Source of the DNA: Azolla caroliniana
Lineage: Eukaryota > Plantae > Polypodiophyta
Assembly: GCA_043228905.1 (NCBI GenBank)
Contig: JBHGNT010000022.1
Coordinates: 7,316,001-7,380,000, forward strand
Length of the DNA: 64,000 nucleotides
Direction: 5' to 3'
Within the stretch, counting starts at the first letter, position 1, and every line of letters begins with the position of its first letter. Positions 48,530-61,457 of this stretch are shown here, one piece after another. A model generated the notes under the pieces. The model did not search any database. It was given only the letters and a program-made list of their open reading frames with translations, and was not told the DNA's origin. Position numbers and translations under genes: made by a program.

Positions 48530-51500
48530 TCAGTCTTCCTCCAAAATATCGAGCACACTTTGCTCGATGGTGTCAAGTGGTGCGTCTTCCTCCTGTTCCT
48601 GTTCCTTGCCTGCCTGGTCTCAGACCTCCGGTTGGGTAGGCTGTTCCGTAAAAATTTGTTGCTCCGGCTCTGCTTGATTCTGTGGTGCCGGTGCTTCCTC
48701 ACCGCTTCGTCCGGGTTCTTCCTGTTCTCCCTCCGTTCCTGGCTCTGTTCTGTTACCGGTGTCGCTTTCTCCGGTCTCGACTGGTCGACTCGATATGCCT
48801 CCTTCCTCTGCTCTGGTGTCTTCCGGTCTCAGCTCTTCTTCTTCTCCAGCATCGGTCTGCCCCTGCTCTTCTTCAAGTTCGTCTTCGGGTATTCCTTGTC
48901 AGGGTTGTTCGGTGTCGGTTGGTTCATCTTCAGCCGGTCGCTCTCCCTCAATTATCGTGATTGGCGTCGTTCTTCCCTTAGCTTCCTGTCGTAACCGGTC
49001 CTGCTCGTATCTCTCCAACTCCAACTGAGTTGCGAGCTGCCCGTCATCCAACCTCTCTACCAACCCTCGGATTTCTTTGAGGTGTTCTTCTGCTAAAGTG
49101 TAGAAATCCTCCGACAATTCTTCCCGAATGGCGACGATACTTTCTTCATCCATCTTGTAGAACTTGTCACCGGTCTTCCTCCGATTCTCGGCATCCGCTC
49201 GGAGTGTCTGCAGCTCGGCTGCCTGTTGTGACCACTCCTTCCATAGCTTTTCCGTACTTTCGTTGATGCTTGCCTGAGCTCGGGTACTCCATCCTGACAT
49301 GATGAGCTTGATCCGGTCAACCCCTGCCTTAGCATGCGTATAAGCTTCCTGCTTTTCCTTCCTTGCCCGTTTTATAATGTCGGCCATTATCTGAGCCTGG
49401 GCCTCGTAATCTGCTTTCTGCTTTTCATAGGTACTCTGCAGTTTGCTGATCGTGAAGGTCGATTTTTCCTTTTCTTCATTCCTGATCTTGGTCAGGTCCA
49501 GCTTTTCCCGCCTTAGCGCCTCTAATTCCTTTCTTCTCTCCGTTGCTTGGGCTATTTCCGTCGACAATGCTTCCTTGTTGGCACTGACCTCATCCATCGC
49601 CTTAGCCAGGTCTAATCGGGTCTCTTTGAGCTGCTCTTTCAGCTTCTCTATTTGCCGGTCGTAGTCTGATGCCCGTTTTTTGTTGTCCGACTCGGCCTGC
49701 TTGTGATCTCGGTAGAGACGGTCGAAGTCCTCCGTCTTCTGCTTCAGGCGTCGGGTTGCCTGAGCTCTTAACCGATCGTCCCGGTCCTTCTGTTGTCGGA
49801 GTTCTTCCTGCAGTCGTTCTATCTCTTGCTCGGCATGTCGACGTAGTCGGTCCTTCTCCTTTTGTAGCTTCTCTTTTTCTTCTTGCAGTCGGTCATTAGC
49901 GACTCGACCTTCCCAGAGGCCTTCTTCCATTTTTCGTCTGTCGTCCTCCACCGCTTTCCGCTGCTCCCTTTCTCTTTCCCTTAATGCCTCCTGAGCTTTT
50001 AACTCCTCTCGTAAGGTTTCTATTATTTTTTCGGTCTCAGGGCCGGTTTGCAAGGCTACCGGTTCCGGTTCCGGTTCTGGTTGCTTCCTTGTTGTCCCGA
50101 CCGGCTCGGTGACAACTTGTGCTTGTTGAATTCCTTCCCTTGCCTGCAACAGCTCCCCTTGCATTTCCTCGATCTGTGTTCGGAGCGCGACCAACTCCTG
50201 AGTTGTTATATGCGTCAGCTGTTGCCTACACGTTTCTTCTTTCTCTAACTGGTCCGCTACTCCCGATAACTGCTCCGAAAGCCATCTCAGCCATTGTGGC
50301 TTTGTTCTTCCGGTGTCGGGGTGGCCTTGCTCACTTAAGTCAGGCTTATTTTCCGGCCTCTTCTCTGGCTCCGGCTCCGGCGCTTGTTCCTTCTTCTTCT
50401 CTGGGATGACCGGTTTTCTGAAGTTCGGCCCAACCGGTGTCGGTGTTGCTTCCCTGGGTACGGGTTCCGGTGCTGTTTCCGCCTCGGCTACTGGAGATGG
50501 TCCTTGCGCCCTCTGCTGAGTTCTGTCCACTGGTGGAGCCGGTCCTTTCGCCCGTTTCTCCCGACCTTGTCTTGCTGGGAGTCTTACCAGTGGTTCGGAT
50601 GAGTCTTCTGTTTCAGCTTCCTCCTCCGGTGCGGTTACCAGACGGACCTTTTGTATAAAGACCTCAGGTTCCGGTTCCGGCCGTCGCAGCGTTATATGGA
50701 TTGGTTTTCGCGCTACCGGTTCCTCCTCGGCCGATTTCCCTTTGCCTTTACCTGCCGGTTTTGCCTTTGTTGCCGGTTCCTGTTGCTGTCGGGATGGTCC
50801 TTCCCCCTGATGTTCTGCTTCTTGTTGGGTCCATCCGGGGGTGTGTTTCTCCAAGATCTGTCGGCGCTTTGTGACCTTTTTCGGCGTCGTCTCCTGCCGA
50901 CCTCTTTTCTTTTGTGTGATGGGGAACACCGGTGGGACTAACACCGTTAGCCATTGTGCTATCCCGGCCCATGGCTTTTTTCCTTCCACAAGATTTTTGA
51001 TGGCCTCCTTCAATCCTTCGGTTATGAAATGGAGCCAGTCTATTTGTAAGCCCTCGTACGCTGCTATTAAGAACGCTGCCCGGTACTTGGCTATGGCCGG
51101 GGGACGGGGATTCACGAATCCGTATTCCATCATGGCGCGGGCCACTTCTCCGAACAGCAGGTTCTCTCCGCCCTGCGTTCGATACGCCTTGCTGCTGATA
51201 GAGTACTCCCCGAAATATTCGAACAGGATTTCACTTGAAGGGTTTTCGATTGTTTGTAGTCCTCCGGCTTTTATCCCCGTGAGCGCCTGCACCGCTCCTT
51301 CCGTGACTTCTGATATATCGATCGATGCTGCCGCCTGCTCTGGTTCTGCGTGTGGTGGAGCGTCGGCGATCCGCAGCAATCCTTTTAACCCGTTCTCCCT
51401 CATCCATTGGCGTGCCTCTTCCGACAGTACCATTGTTTCGAATTTTTCTTCTGCTGCCTGTTGTTCGGGATCGCGCTGTGTGTGCTCTGTGCGTCGGGTC

Positions 51501-51634
51501 GCTCTTTTGTGCTTCTGCGCCTGTATGTAGGAAAATTCGTAAAAAGTGAGCCCTTCGCAGGCCTGTGTCTTATATAGTGGGTCGTGCCTCGAGCCGCCCT
51601 TTTTCGTTTCCCGCGCATGTTCCTCTCCTGCCAT
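48530..51634 (-). pseudogene. Extra ORF (~1000 aa): N-terminal globular domain, Pro/Glu linker, long coiled coil, acidic tail
   Basis: 932-aa ORF 48899-51697 continues in frame through two TGA codons (probably CGA>TGA) to ...VLDILEED* at 48530; conserved with 41498-44609. Confidence 0.8.
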
Positions 51635-51807
51635 AATTAGTATGTCCTTTCTTGTTTGCCGCGTGTGAGTGCCCACGTTCCATGCTTTAAATAGCAAGTA
51701 CGCGCACGTCCTTTTTTAATGCATGGCGCCTCTTCATTGCATGGTGGCACTCCCACCTCTTGTGATCTCCCCATCATTACTATGATTCGCGTCGATTTTG
51801 CCCACGT

Positions 51808-51898
51808 CTTCTTTTTTCTTTTTCTTTTTTTCTTTTTCTTTTTTTCTTTTTTTTTTCTTCTTTTTTTTTTTTTCTTTTTTTTTTTTTTTTTCTTTGTT
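51808..51898 (-). repeat. ~90-nt A/G tract (minus strand) between pol and the extra ORF
   Basis: Poly-T/C run on the plus strand. Confidence 0.95.
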
Positions 51899-51907
51899 TG
51901 GACCACG

Positions 51908-54900
51908 TCATTTGCTTGTCCCCCCCGATTTGTTCGGGTTGGTTCGTGTGGATACCGGATCCTTCTGTCGGTTTTCCGGGATTGTCTTTTTCAGTATCGG
52001 TGTCGGTTCTTCCTCGGTCCGAATATCTTCAGCAGCGTCCGTCGGTGTCGGTTCCTCATCTTGCCGGATTTCCGGGTTTTGGTTGAACGGGTTGGCTGGC
52101 ATATTTCCCTTATACGGCTTTAGTCGAAATCCATTTGCCCACTTGCCGATGACATCTCCAGACAACGTGCCGAGCTGATACGACCCATTGTACTCCTTGG
52201 TGATCCAGAACGGTCTGGTCCATCGAAACCGCAACTTTCCCGGCATGTTCCCCATCCGTGTCTGGAATACTAGTACCGGTTTCCCGACCTCGAACTCCTT
52301 TTCATTGCCACGCCGGTGTCGGTCCACGAAGGCTTTTCTCCTCCTTTACTCCAGTTCGAGTTGTAGTAAGCTGGCTATTCGGTTTTCCTCTAATTCCAAC
52401 AACGTCGCCAGCCGGATTCGTTCGGACTCGTTCTCACTTAAGCGCTCCTTCACCTGAATCCGTAAGCTGGGGACCTGGAACTCTACCGGCATGACCGCTT
52501 CTAACCCGAATGCTAGTCGGAACGGGGTTGTCCGGATGCTGGTTTTGTACGTTGTTCGGTACGCCCATAGCGCGCTTTGCAATTTCGTATCCCAATCGGT
52601 CCGGTTCTCGTTGACGATTTTTCGTAGGATGTTCTGCAAAGTTTTGTTCGTTGATTCCGCTAGTCCATTGGCTTGAGGGTAGTAGGGAGTACTCTTTTTA
52701 TGTACCACCGCGTAAAATGACGTCAGGCTTTCTACTACCTGCCCGAGAAAATGTCCTCCTTGGTCACTTATAAGCTCGATCGGGCATCCATACCGGCACC
52801 ATATGCACTCGTACAGAAACTTTGCCGTGGACGCGGTCGTGTTGTCCCGTAAGGCCTTTGCTTCTACCCATTTGGTGCAATAGTCGGTCGCTACTATGAC
52901 ATACCGATTTCCGGTTCGCATTGCCGGTGGTTTGAAGGGACCGACAAAGTCCAACCCCCACTTTTGAAACGGTTCTAAGGGCAAGACCGGGTGGTGTGGC
53001 ATCCGGGCCTGCTCTGTGGGTTGGCCCAATCGTTGACACAAATCGCATTCTCTGCTATACTTCACGGCATCTTTTAGGGTGGTCGGCCACCACAGTCCGC
53101 TCTGCCATATTTTCCGAGCGGTTGCGTTGCCGGCATAATGCCCGCCGGCAATTCCACAGTGGGCTTCCCTGAGGATTAGATCCTTCTCATCGCTCCGCAC
53201 TGCTCGTCTCCAGATGCCATCTGCCCCCTTGTGATAGAGGGTGTCTCCAACCAAGCAGAAATGTCTACTTCTTACTGCTACCCTTTTCCTTTCATCGCGG
53301 TCCATGTTCTCCGGGGGAACTCCGGTGCTCAGGAACTGATGCATCTCAGTTAGCCATGTGTCTTCATCGGCTACCGTTGTATCCGTTGCCGGTTTCGTCG
53401 TGATCCGGAACAATTCGGCGTCGGGAAACTCATCCTGGACGCCGTCCCCTGCTTCTCCGGATTCGAGTCTGCTTAGATAGTCCGCTACCGCATGCTGCAC
53501 CCCGGGTCGGTGGAAAATGTCGAATTCAAATTCCTGTAGTAGCAGTGTCCACCGTGCAATTTTTCCCGTCAGGGATGCCTTCGAGACCAGGTAGAGTAGT
53601 GCCGAATGGTCGACATGGAAGAAAAACTTCCTTCCGAGCAGATAGTGCCTGTACTTTGTGACACTATACACCATTCCCAATGCCTCGCGTTTCGTCGTAG
53701 AGTAATTCCGTTCGGCTTTTGAGAGTTTCCGGCTTGCGTAGTACACCGGTCGGTACCATTTCGGCTCTGTGAGTTGCATCAGAACGCTGCCGATTGCTAC
53801 GTCCGACGCGTCGACGAAGACGTGAAAGCTTTTACTCCAATCCGGCGGTTGCACCACCGGGGCTTGCGACAACATAACCTTCAACGCTTTGTAGGATTCC
53901 TCCTCCGTCTCCGCCCATAGGAAGGGTACCCTATGTACGACAGTATGTAACGGTGTAGCGAAGTCCGCGAGGTGCCGTATCATCCGGCTATGCCACCTTA
54001 TTTGGCCCAGGAACCGGCTTAAAGCCTTTGCGTTACTTGGTGCTGGTGCATCGAGAATCGCCTTGACTTTATCCGGATCTACCGCGATTCCTTCCTTACT
54101 CACCACGTGCCCTAGCAAGTTGCCGCTTGCCACTCCAAAGACGCACTTGGCCGGATTCAGGCTCAATCGGTACTCGCGGCACTTCTCCAAGCACAGCCGG
54201 AGGTGATCGAGATGCTCTCCGTGCCGGCTGTAGACCGCGAAATCGTCAAGGAAGACCTGCATAAAACCGGGGATATATTCCCCGAAAATTTCCATTATTA
54301 TCCTTTGAAAGGTCGCTGGAGCCGTCTTTAGTCCGAACATCATCACGACCGCGACGAACACTCCCCATTCCGTCACGAACGTTGTCTTCTCTTGGTCGGC
54401 CGGGTTCATTCGTATTTGGTTGTAGCCGCTAAATCCATCCGGGAAGCTGTAAACTTCGTGGCCGGCTACCGCATCCAACACCCCGTCCGTAAATGGTAGT
54501 GGAAACGCATCGGTCACTGTTGCGGCTTTTAGTTTTCGGTAGTCCATGCATACCCGGATTTTTCCGTTCTTTTTCGGGACCACCACTATTGGACTCAACC
54601 AGGTTGCCTGCTTGACCGGTCGGATAAATCCGACCCGGAGGAGCTTATCAATTTCCTCCTTCACCTTTGCCGCATAATTGGGATTCATCCGGTACCTGCG
54701 TTGAGCAATCGGTTTCGCGTCCGTACTTAGGTGAATTTGGTGCTGATAGAGCTGGGGGTCAGGCCCTCGCATGTCTTCGTACGACCACGCGAACACATCC
54801 TTGAAGTCTGTTAATAATGCTACCATTGCCTTCTTTTCTTCCTTCGGCAATTCCTTTGCAACATTTACCGGTCGGGGCTTGTCTGCTGTGCCGAGGTCCA

Positions 54901-57841
54901 CCTCCTCGAGTTGGGATGCTTTTACCCTCTGGGATATCGTCATTTCCCTCTCTAGGGATTCTTGCGCTTGTCGCAGTTCCCGGATCGCCGCTTGGTCCGG
55001 TTCTTCCGGCGTCGTAATGTACGGTTCTACTGCCGCCGTGATATCCACCTCAAATAGTGGGACGATTCGTGGGTGTTCCTCGAGGTACCGCTCGACTTTC
55101 TCGTCCGGTAATCCCTCCAACATGTTAATGCTTGCCGCATACAATGGAGTTGCTTCCTTACTGGTGATCACCCGTGGTTGCGTCGTTACTCGTACCTTTG
55201 TTTTCCCTCGTCGGAATGTGATCATGTTCTTTTGCCAGTTCTGCTTGATATGCGCCGTTCGCAGCCATGGTCGTCCTAGCAGTAGGGGGTACGCGCCTTG
55301 TACATTCAGCTGCAGCACCACGGCCGATATCCGGAATACGTGGCCTCCGATCGTTATTTCCAAATCCCGGATAAGCCCGGTCGGTCGGACTGAGCTAGTA
55401 TCCGCCATGCGTAACCAGAAGGGGCATGGTTCCCATTCCCGGATGCCCAGGTCGTTGCATGTCTGTTGGCTGATGACATTTACCCCGGAGCCTCCGTCAA
55501 TAATCGTTCCAGCAATTTCCTTTCCTTTCACGATTGCCGTGATCACCGGGCTACTTGTATCGACCACCGCTGGTCCTTCCTCCGGGTTGGAGAAGAATGT
55601 CGGTGCTGGCGTCGGCTTCGGTTTGCTGACGGATGCCTGTAAGTCTGCCGTAAATCGTGGCACTAACTGTAGTAGTCGTGCTAACGGCAGCACGATTTGA
55701 CAGTCCTGTAGCGCTTGCCACGTCGGGTTTTCTCCTGGCTGTATGATTTTTTCGTCTTTTGGCATATTTTGGTCTCTTACTTCTGCCGCATTCTGTTCAT
55801 TGGCCTCCTTGATCCATTGTGTCGCTTGTTTTCTGATTGCCTCCTGGGCTTCCCACTCGGCGGTCTTTCCCTTTGACCGGGTTGTGACCTGCTGTACTTC
55901 TGATATTTCGGCTGTAACCATGTTGACTTCTGGCTGCTTGTCATAGCTTTTGCTTGGGCATTGGTTACTATAGTGGCCTTCCTTGCGGCAGTAATAACAG
56001 TACACCTTGTGACTGTTGCTCGTTTCTCCTTTGTCCCCAGTTTGGAGGGTGGGTATGCTCCGGCGGTCGTCTTCGGTTTTTCGGTTATCCGATACCGATA
56101 CCAGGTTGTCATTCCTTGCTGCCTCCCGACGTTCCTCTCTTCGGAAAAATCCACGCTTCTGATTCCGTCGGAAATTTCGGTTCCCTTGTCGCCTCTCTTC
56201 TCTGCGTCGGTCGTATTCCGGGGCTTCGTCTCGGTCGTACCGGTCCCGGGGGTAGCTATCTTCGCGTCTCTCCTCTCGGTCATAGTTGTCGCGTCTTCTA
56301 TCAGCGTATCCTTGTCGCCTCTCTTCTCTGCGTCGGTCGTCTTCCGGGGATTCGTCTCTGTCGTACCGGTCCCGGGGGTAGCTATCTCTGCGTCTCTCCT
56401 CTCGGTCATAGTTGTCGCGTCTTCTATCAGCGTATCTGTTACCACGTTCGCGTTGGTAGCGGTCGTCTCTCCGGAATCGATCCTCGTCCGGGTTCTGATT
56501 GCACCGTTCTATGTGTCGAACCGGTGCTGCCTGCCGATTTAACAGGTTATATTCGCATCGGTCCGTTGTATGGGCTCGAGAGTTGCAGATCACACATTGT
56601 GTCCGCAGGGTGCAGTCTACTGTTGAGTGCCCCGAATTTAGGCATGTTGTACATTGTAAGGCCTGTCGGAACCTCAGGTCTTCCTCCTTTGGGAGTGCCC
56701 GGTGTAACATCCCCATCGACAAGAAGGGGCTAGTCTTGTCCATTTCTAAAACCCGATCAATAACTTGGTCCATTGTGCTGGTTTGGAAATCAAGGACTCC
56801 GCACATTGTTCGAAGTGGCTCTTTCAGTGCGGCCAGAAAGACTGCTTTGGCTTCGTCTTCGAGTGGTGCTCTTGTCAGTTGGCTGTGCAGGGTCTGGAAC
56901 CGAATGATGAATTGTGGCATAGTCTCGTTCTCTTCCTGCCGGGTGGTGTAGAACTGCCCGACCAATTCCCTTTGCTCAAATTGTCTGTGAAAAAACCTGA
57001 GGAATCTGGCCTTCAAGGCATCGAATGTGGCAAAGCTGCCCGGTAAGTGCTTTGCGTGCCATTGGGCCGCCGGTCCTTCTAAGGTTATGCCGAATTCGGC
57101 GATTTTGGATCGTTTGGCTTCGGGCTCCGTCAGTCTTTGGGAGATATGGTTGGCTTCCCATGTTTGGAGGAATGCGTACACGTGTGCCTCCGCGTCGGCC
57201 TCATCCCGGTACTTTGGGTATGGGTACGGCATCGTGTCGTCCAACTGACTCTCCTGTTTCCTCCGCTCTCTGTCCGCTGTTGGCGTTGGTGTGAGAACCT
57301 TTGGTTCCTCCGCGGGTGTTGCCGGTGTCCGGTCCGTTGGTTCCTCCGCGGGTGTTGTCGGTATCCGCTCCTTCGGTTCCCTCGCGGTTGTTGTCGGTAT
57401 CCGGTCAGCCTTCCTCGGCGGTTGCCGGTCACCGAATTCCAGGGTTATTTCTTCCTCTGGCGCCGGTGTTACTGAGTCTTCCGACCCCTCGTCCTCCCGG
57501 TCGTTTGGTGTGTCGTGGCTACTTTTATACCGGGATGCAACGCTTCCGTCGCTTTCCGACTCCGCCTCAAGTGTTGCGAATGCTTCCGAGTCCCCGTCGC
57601 CCGCGGCGAGCGTCTGCAGTATCGTTTCCGCCTCTTGCAGGCTTGTTATGCTACTGCCTTCGTCGGGGATTTGCAGAACCCGGAACTGCAGTGCTTCTTC
57701 TGCGACTCTCCGAAGAGTTTTGGAGAATGACCGATCCCGACGGATCTCGTCGACGGCTTGCTGCAGGGCTTCCCGTCGTTGCTCGCGTTCGGTGTATCGT
57801 CTCCCTCGTTCGGTGATGTGGTCGTCGTTTGGTCTAGACAT
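51908..57841 (-). pseudogene. Single-frame gag-pol (gag, PR, RT, RNase H, IN) with one premature TAA at 52346-52348
   Basis: CYYCRKEGHYSNQC, IIDGGSG, VFLDD, VDAS, HCGIAGGH..CDLC, GLDF, SDQG, AESTN, KLRFRW; no extra archaeal-type RNase H and no chromodomain seen. Confidence 0.95.
56183..56434 (-). repeat. 126-bp in-frame tandem duplication in the Arg/Asp-rich gag region
   Basis: YADRRRDNYDREERR.DSYPRDRYDRDE.PE.DRRREERRQG occurs twice. Confidence 0.9.
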
Positions 57842-58288
57842 CCATCCCCCGGTTGTCCTCTGCACTTTGCAGGAATCGTGGTCGCCAAAATAGTGTTGTC
57901 TGTCTGGCCGGACTAGCCTCAACACAGGTGTCTATCCGACACTTCTCCAAAGGGGTGGTAAGGATTGGATGCTAGGTTACACGCATAAGATGATTACAAT
58001 TAAGCACAGACGGTAAACAATACGAGATACAGATAAACACGCAATAATTACTATTGTATTACTTCCGCCCAAAAACTTTACAAATCATCGGATCCTTTTA
58101 TAGGCATCCGGCAAGGTTACAATCGGTGCGCTTAGGCAACCGACATCCAATTCGGTCCGGATCCGGATCGATACAACTGTACCGGATCCGTCCCTCCGAA
58201 TAATAATTCTACTATTATTTACTTCCTATTATCCGATCCGATTCCGCCTTCCCACTTGTCCTTGCTCTTCTGACCGGCCAACACAAAG

Positions 58289-61200
58289 AACCGAAGATTG
58301 GATTTCCTATGAAATTTGATGGGACCCGATCACAGTTCACAGATTTTCTTAATTAGGTACGCTTAGTGGTTCAAATGCATCCTTCTCGATATCCCACTAA
58401 TGCATCACAAGTGGGACTAGTAGGCACGCTACTTAGTGGCATGGCTTTGGCATGGTTCGCCCCCCTATTAGAAAAAAAACTCTCCCTTGTTAAATAATTT
58501 TGAAGAGTTTATTAGCGAATTTAAAGCATGTTTTGGAGATACTGACAGTGTTAGGACAGCAATCAACAAAAGCCGAAGATTGCGCCAAGGTGAGCACCCG
58601 GCCTCGGCTTATGCTGTGGATTTCCGTCTTCTCGCCACCGATATTCCCTGGGATGACCAGGCATTAATGGAGCAATTTCGTTTTGGCCTACGTAATGATG
58701 TCAAGGATTTACTCTTAACTTTCCCCGAAGAGCCAAAGTCATTAACAGAAGCAATCAGCCACGTGGTGCGATGTGATAACCGCCTTTTCAAATGACGTTC
58801 AGAACGTTAGTTCCAAATGCCAAGGACAAAATCAAAGCCCACCTACGCCTCAGTTGAAGCAAAACCTTTTCCAAGGGAGTCATATAATGTGTCTCCAGCA
58901 AATACTCCAACTCCGATGGAAATCGACACCACACATCATCGTGGACCATTATTGGAAGAGGAAAAGCAACGACGGCGAGCAAATTGACTATGTCTCTATT
59001 GCTATGAACTATCCCCATAGGCCAAGAAGACAGGTACACCAAATAGTCGCTAGTTCTAATTGTACTAAACCTGAGTCTATTTCAGTAGGAATATCTAATA
59101 GTCCTAATAGTACTAATAGCCCAAGCCTTTCAAACAAATTTGAAATCCTTAGTCAACTAGAAGAAGAGTTAAACGATTAAGTCCAACCAAAATAGGAGTC
59201 GTTTGGTTGGACAGCCCTAAATCTATGCAGCCCATTAGTGGTTCCATTTCCCCTAAGCAAGTTAGCAATGGGTTCTTAACTCAAGTAATGGCTAGTACTA
59301 AAAGTATTCCTCCAATACATGTCTTAGCACTCTTAGATTCCGGAGCCAACTCTTGCTTTATGAATAGGAATTTTGCCCAAGCTCATCAGATATCCCTAAG
59401 AAAACTTTCTTGCCCAGCATCTGTAGTAGTTATTGATGGTCGTCCCATTGCTTCCGGAAAAATCGTAGAAGAGTCACAGTTGATTCAGGTTGTCCTAGAT
59501 ACCTTGGTGTGTGTAGTATCATTTAATATAATTAGTAGTCTAGACCATCCAATTGTCTTGGGGTTACCATGGTTCGAATTACATAACCCAGACATAGATT
59601 GGAGAACAAGAGAAATCTGGGGCTCTACTCATAGGATTGCAACCATTTCGCTACGTCAATTGCATGAGGAAGGACACAAGGAAGCAATGTTTGTCCTCGC
59701 AGTATTAGTAAAACCTTCCGACACCACTAAAGAGGAATCCTTTGTTCAACTTCCAGAGAAGTATCATCATTATGTCGATGTGTTGAATAAGGTACAAGCC
59801 AATACACTTCCTCACCACCGACCGTATGATTGCCCCATTGATTTACAACCGGGAAAAGAGCCACCATGGGGCCCGATCTACAACTTATCACCAACCCAAC
59901 TAGAAGTCCTTAGAGCCTATATAGAGGAGAATTTGGCAAACGGTTTTATTCGACATTCAAAATCACCAACCAGCGCACCCATTTTCTTTGTCAAGAAAAA
60001 GGATGGATCACTTCGTCTTGTCATCGATTACCGTGGCTTGAATAAGGTCACCATCAAGAATAGGTATGCACTCCCCCTTATCTCAAGTCTTTTAGAACAG
60101 ATCAGTGGTGCAAGGTTCTTCACAAAGATCGACTTACGAGGAGCATATAAGGTCGTACGGATCCGACCAGGAGATGAATAGAAGTCCGCGTTTCGCACAA
60201 GATATGGGCACTTCGAGTATATGGTCATGCCATTCGGTCTCACTAATGCACCAGCAGTTTTCCAGCACATGGTAAATGATATATTCCGAGATCTCTTGAA
60301 TGTTTGTTTGATCATCTATTTGGATGATCTATTGGTTTATTTGAAGACCCAAGAAGAGCATGATTCTCATGTACTATAGTACGAAAACGGCTTCGAGAAC
60401 ATGGTCTTTATGCAAAACTAGAAAAATGTAGTTTCGAATACAACCAGGTGGAATTTCTAGGCTATGTCATCTCCTCGGAAGGCATCTCTATGGATCTAAC
60501 TAAGGTCAAAATTGTGATAGAGTGGCAGACTCCACGTTCGTTGCGAGATGTGCAATGCTTTTTGGGCTTTGCCAATTTTTACCACAAGTTTATATAGGAT
60601 TACTCAAAGCTTATTCTGCCTCTCACACAGCTTACCAAGAAGGGGCGGTCATTTGTTTGGTCTAAAGAAGCGGACATGGCTTTTGAGAGTCTTAAGAAGG
60701 CATTCACATCAGCTCCTATTCTAGCTCATGTTGATCTGGCAAAACCTTTCGTCATTGAGGCAGACGGGTCGGATTTCACCTTGGGTAGCATTCTTTCACA
60801 ACAAGGCGATGGTGAAAAGCTACATCCTGTGGCTTTCCACTCACACAAGTTTGACGCCGCCAAAATCAACTATAAAATTCATGATAAAGAGCTATTAGCA
60901 ATAGTGGACTCTTTTACGCAATGGAGGCATTTTCTAGAGGGATCTTCTCATCAAGTCACCGTATTCAGTGATCACAAAAATCTTGCCTACTTCCAGAATG
61001 CTCGTGTATTAAATCGACGTCAAGCTCGGTGGGCCCAATTCCTCACTCATTTCGACTTCAAAATTACATATCGTCCTGGGAAGTAGCAAGGGAAGGCAGA
61101 TGCGTTATCGCGGCACTCGTATCTAGCACCGCGTCCCAGTGATCCAACATTCGATAACCAAAAGCAAGTAATCCTAGGACCGGCACGACTGCAAGCAATG

Positions 61201-61457
61201 CGGGTTTTTGATATGCCATTGGATTCCCACATTATTGATACCATACGTGAGGACTTGAAGACATGTTTTCGCTCAAGACATTCTAGCACAAATTGATTCC
61301 TCTCAGGCATCTTGTTCACAGTCGCAACAACTAGCTACAGATTATTGACAATTTGAATGTCATGATGGATTACTACTCTTTAAGAAACTTTTGTATGTTC
61401 CTAATGATTCTTGTCGCCTTCAAGTAGTCCAAGATTGTCATGACACATATACAACTA
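58289..61457 (+). pseudogene. Tcn1-like gag and pol (PR, RT, RH, IN start), many stops and frameshifts
   Basis: ORFs 58487-58795, 58773-59180, 59207-60181 and 60676-61086. Confidence 0.88.

Larger units (their letters stand above)
48090..58283 (-). mobile_element. Near-intact Athila-like Ty3/Gypsy element with an extra 3' ORF, 5-bp TSD CAAAG
   Basis: 390-bp LTRs at 57894-58283 and 48090-48479 (about 4 mismatches by eye); CAAAG at 48085-48089 and 58284-58288; PBS TGGCGACCAC at 57878-57887. Confidence 0.96.
47360..61457 (+). mobile_element. Degenerate chromovirus-type Ty3/Gypsy (Tcn1-like), split by the element at 48090-58283 and by the Copia at 61458
   Basis: Putative LTR 47360-~47786; gag EPKIGFP.KFDG...AWFAPL; PR LLDSGA; RT GPIYNLS, IDLRGAY, YLDD; RH PVAFHS; start of IN. 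The LTR end is uncertain. Confidence 0.8.

Noticed and set aside
51637-52178. Poly-Lys / poly-Phe ORFs
   Set aside because: Translations of a low-complexity A/G tract in a non-coding spacer.
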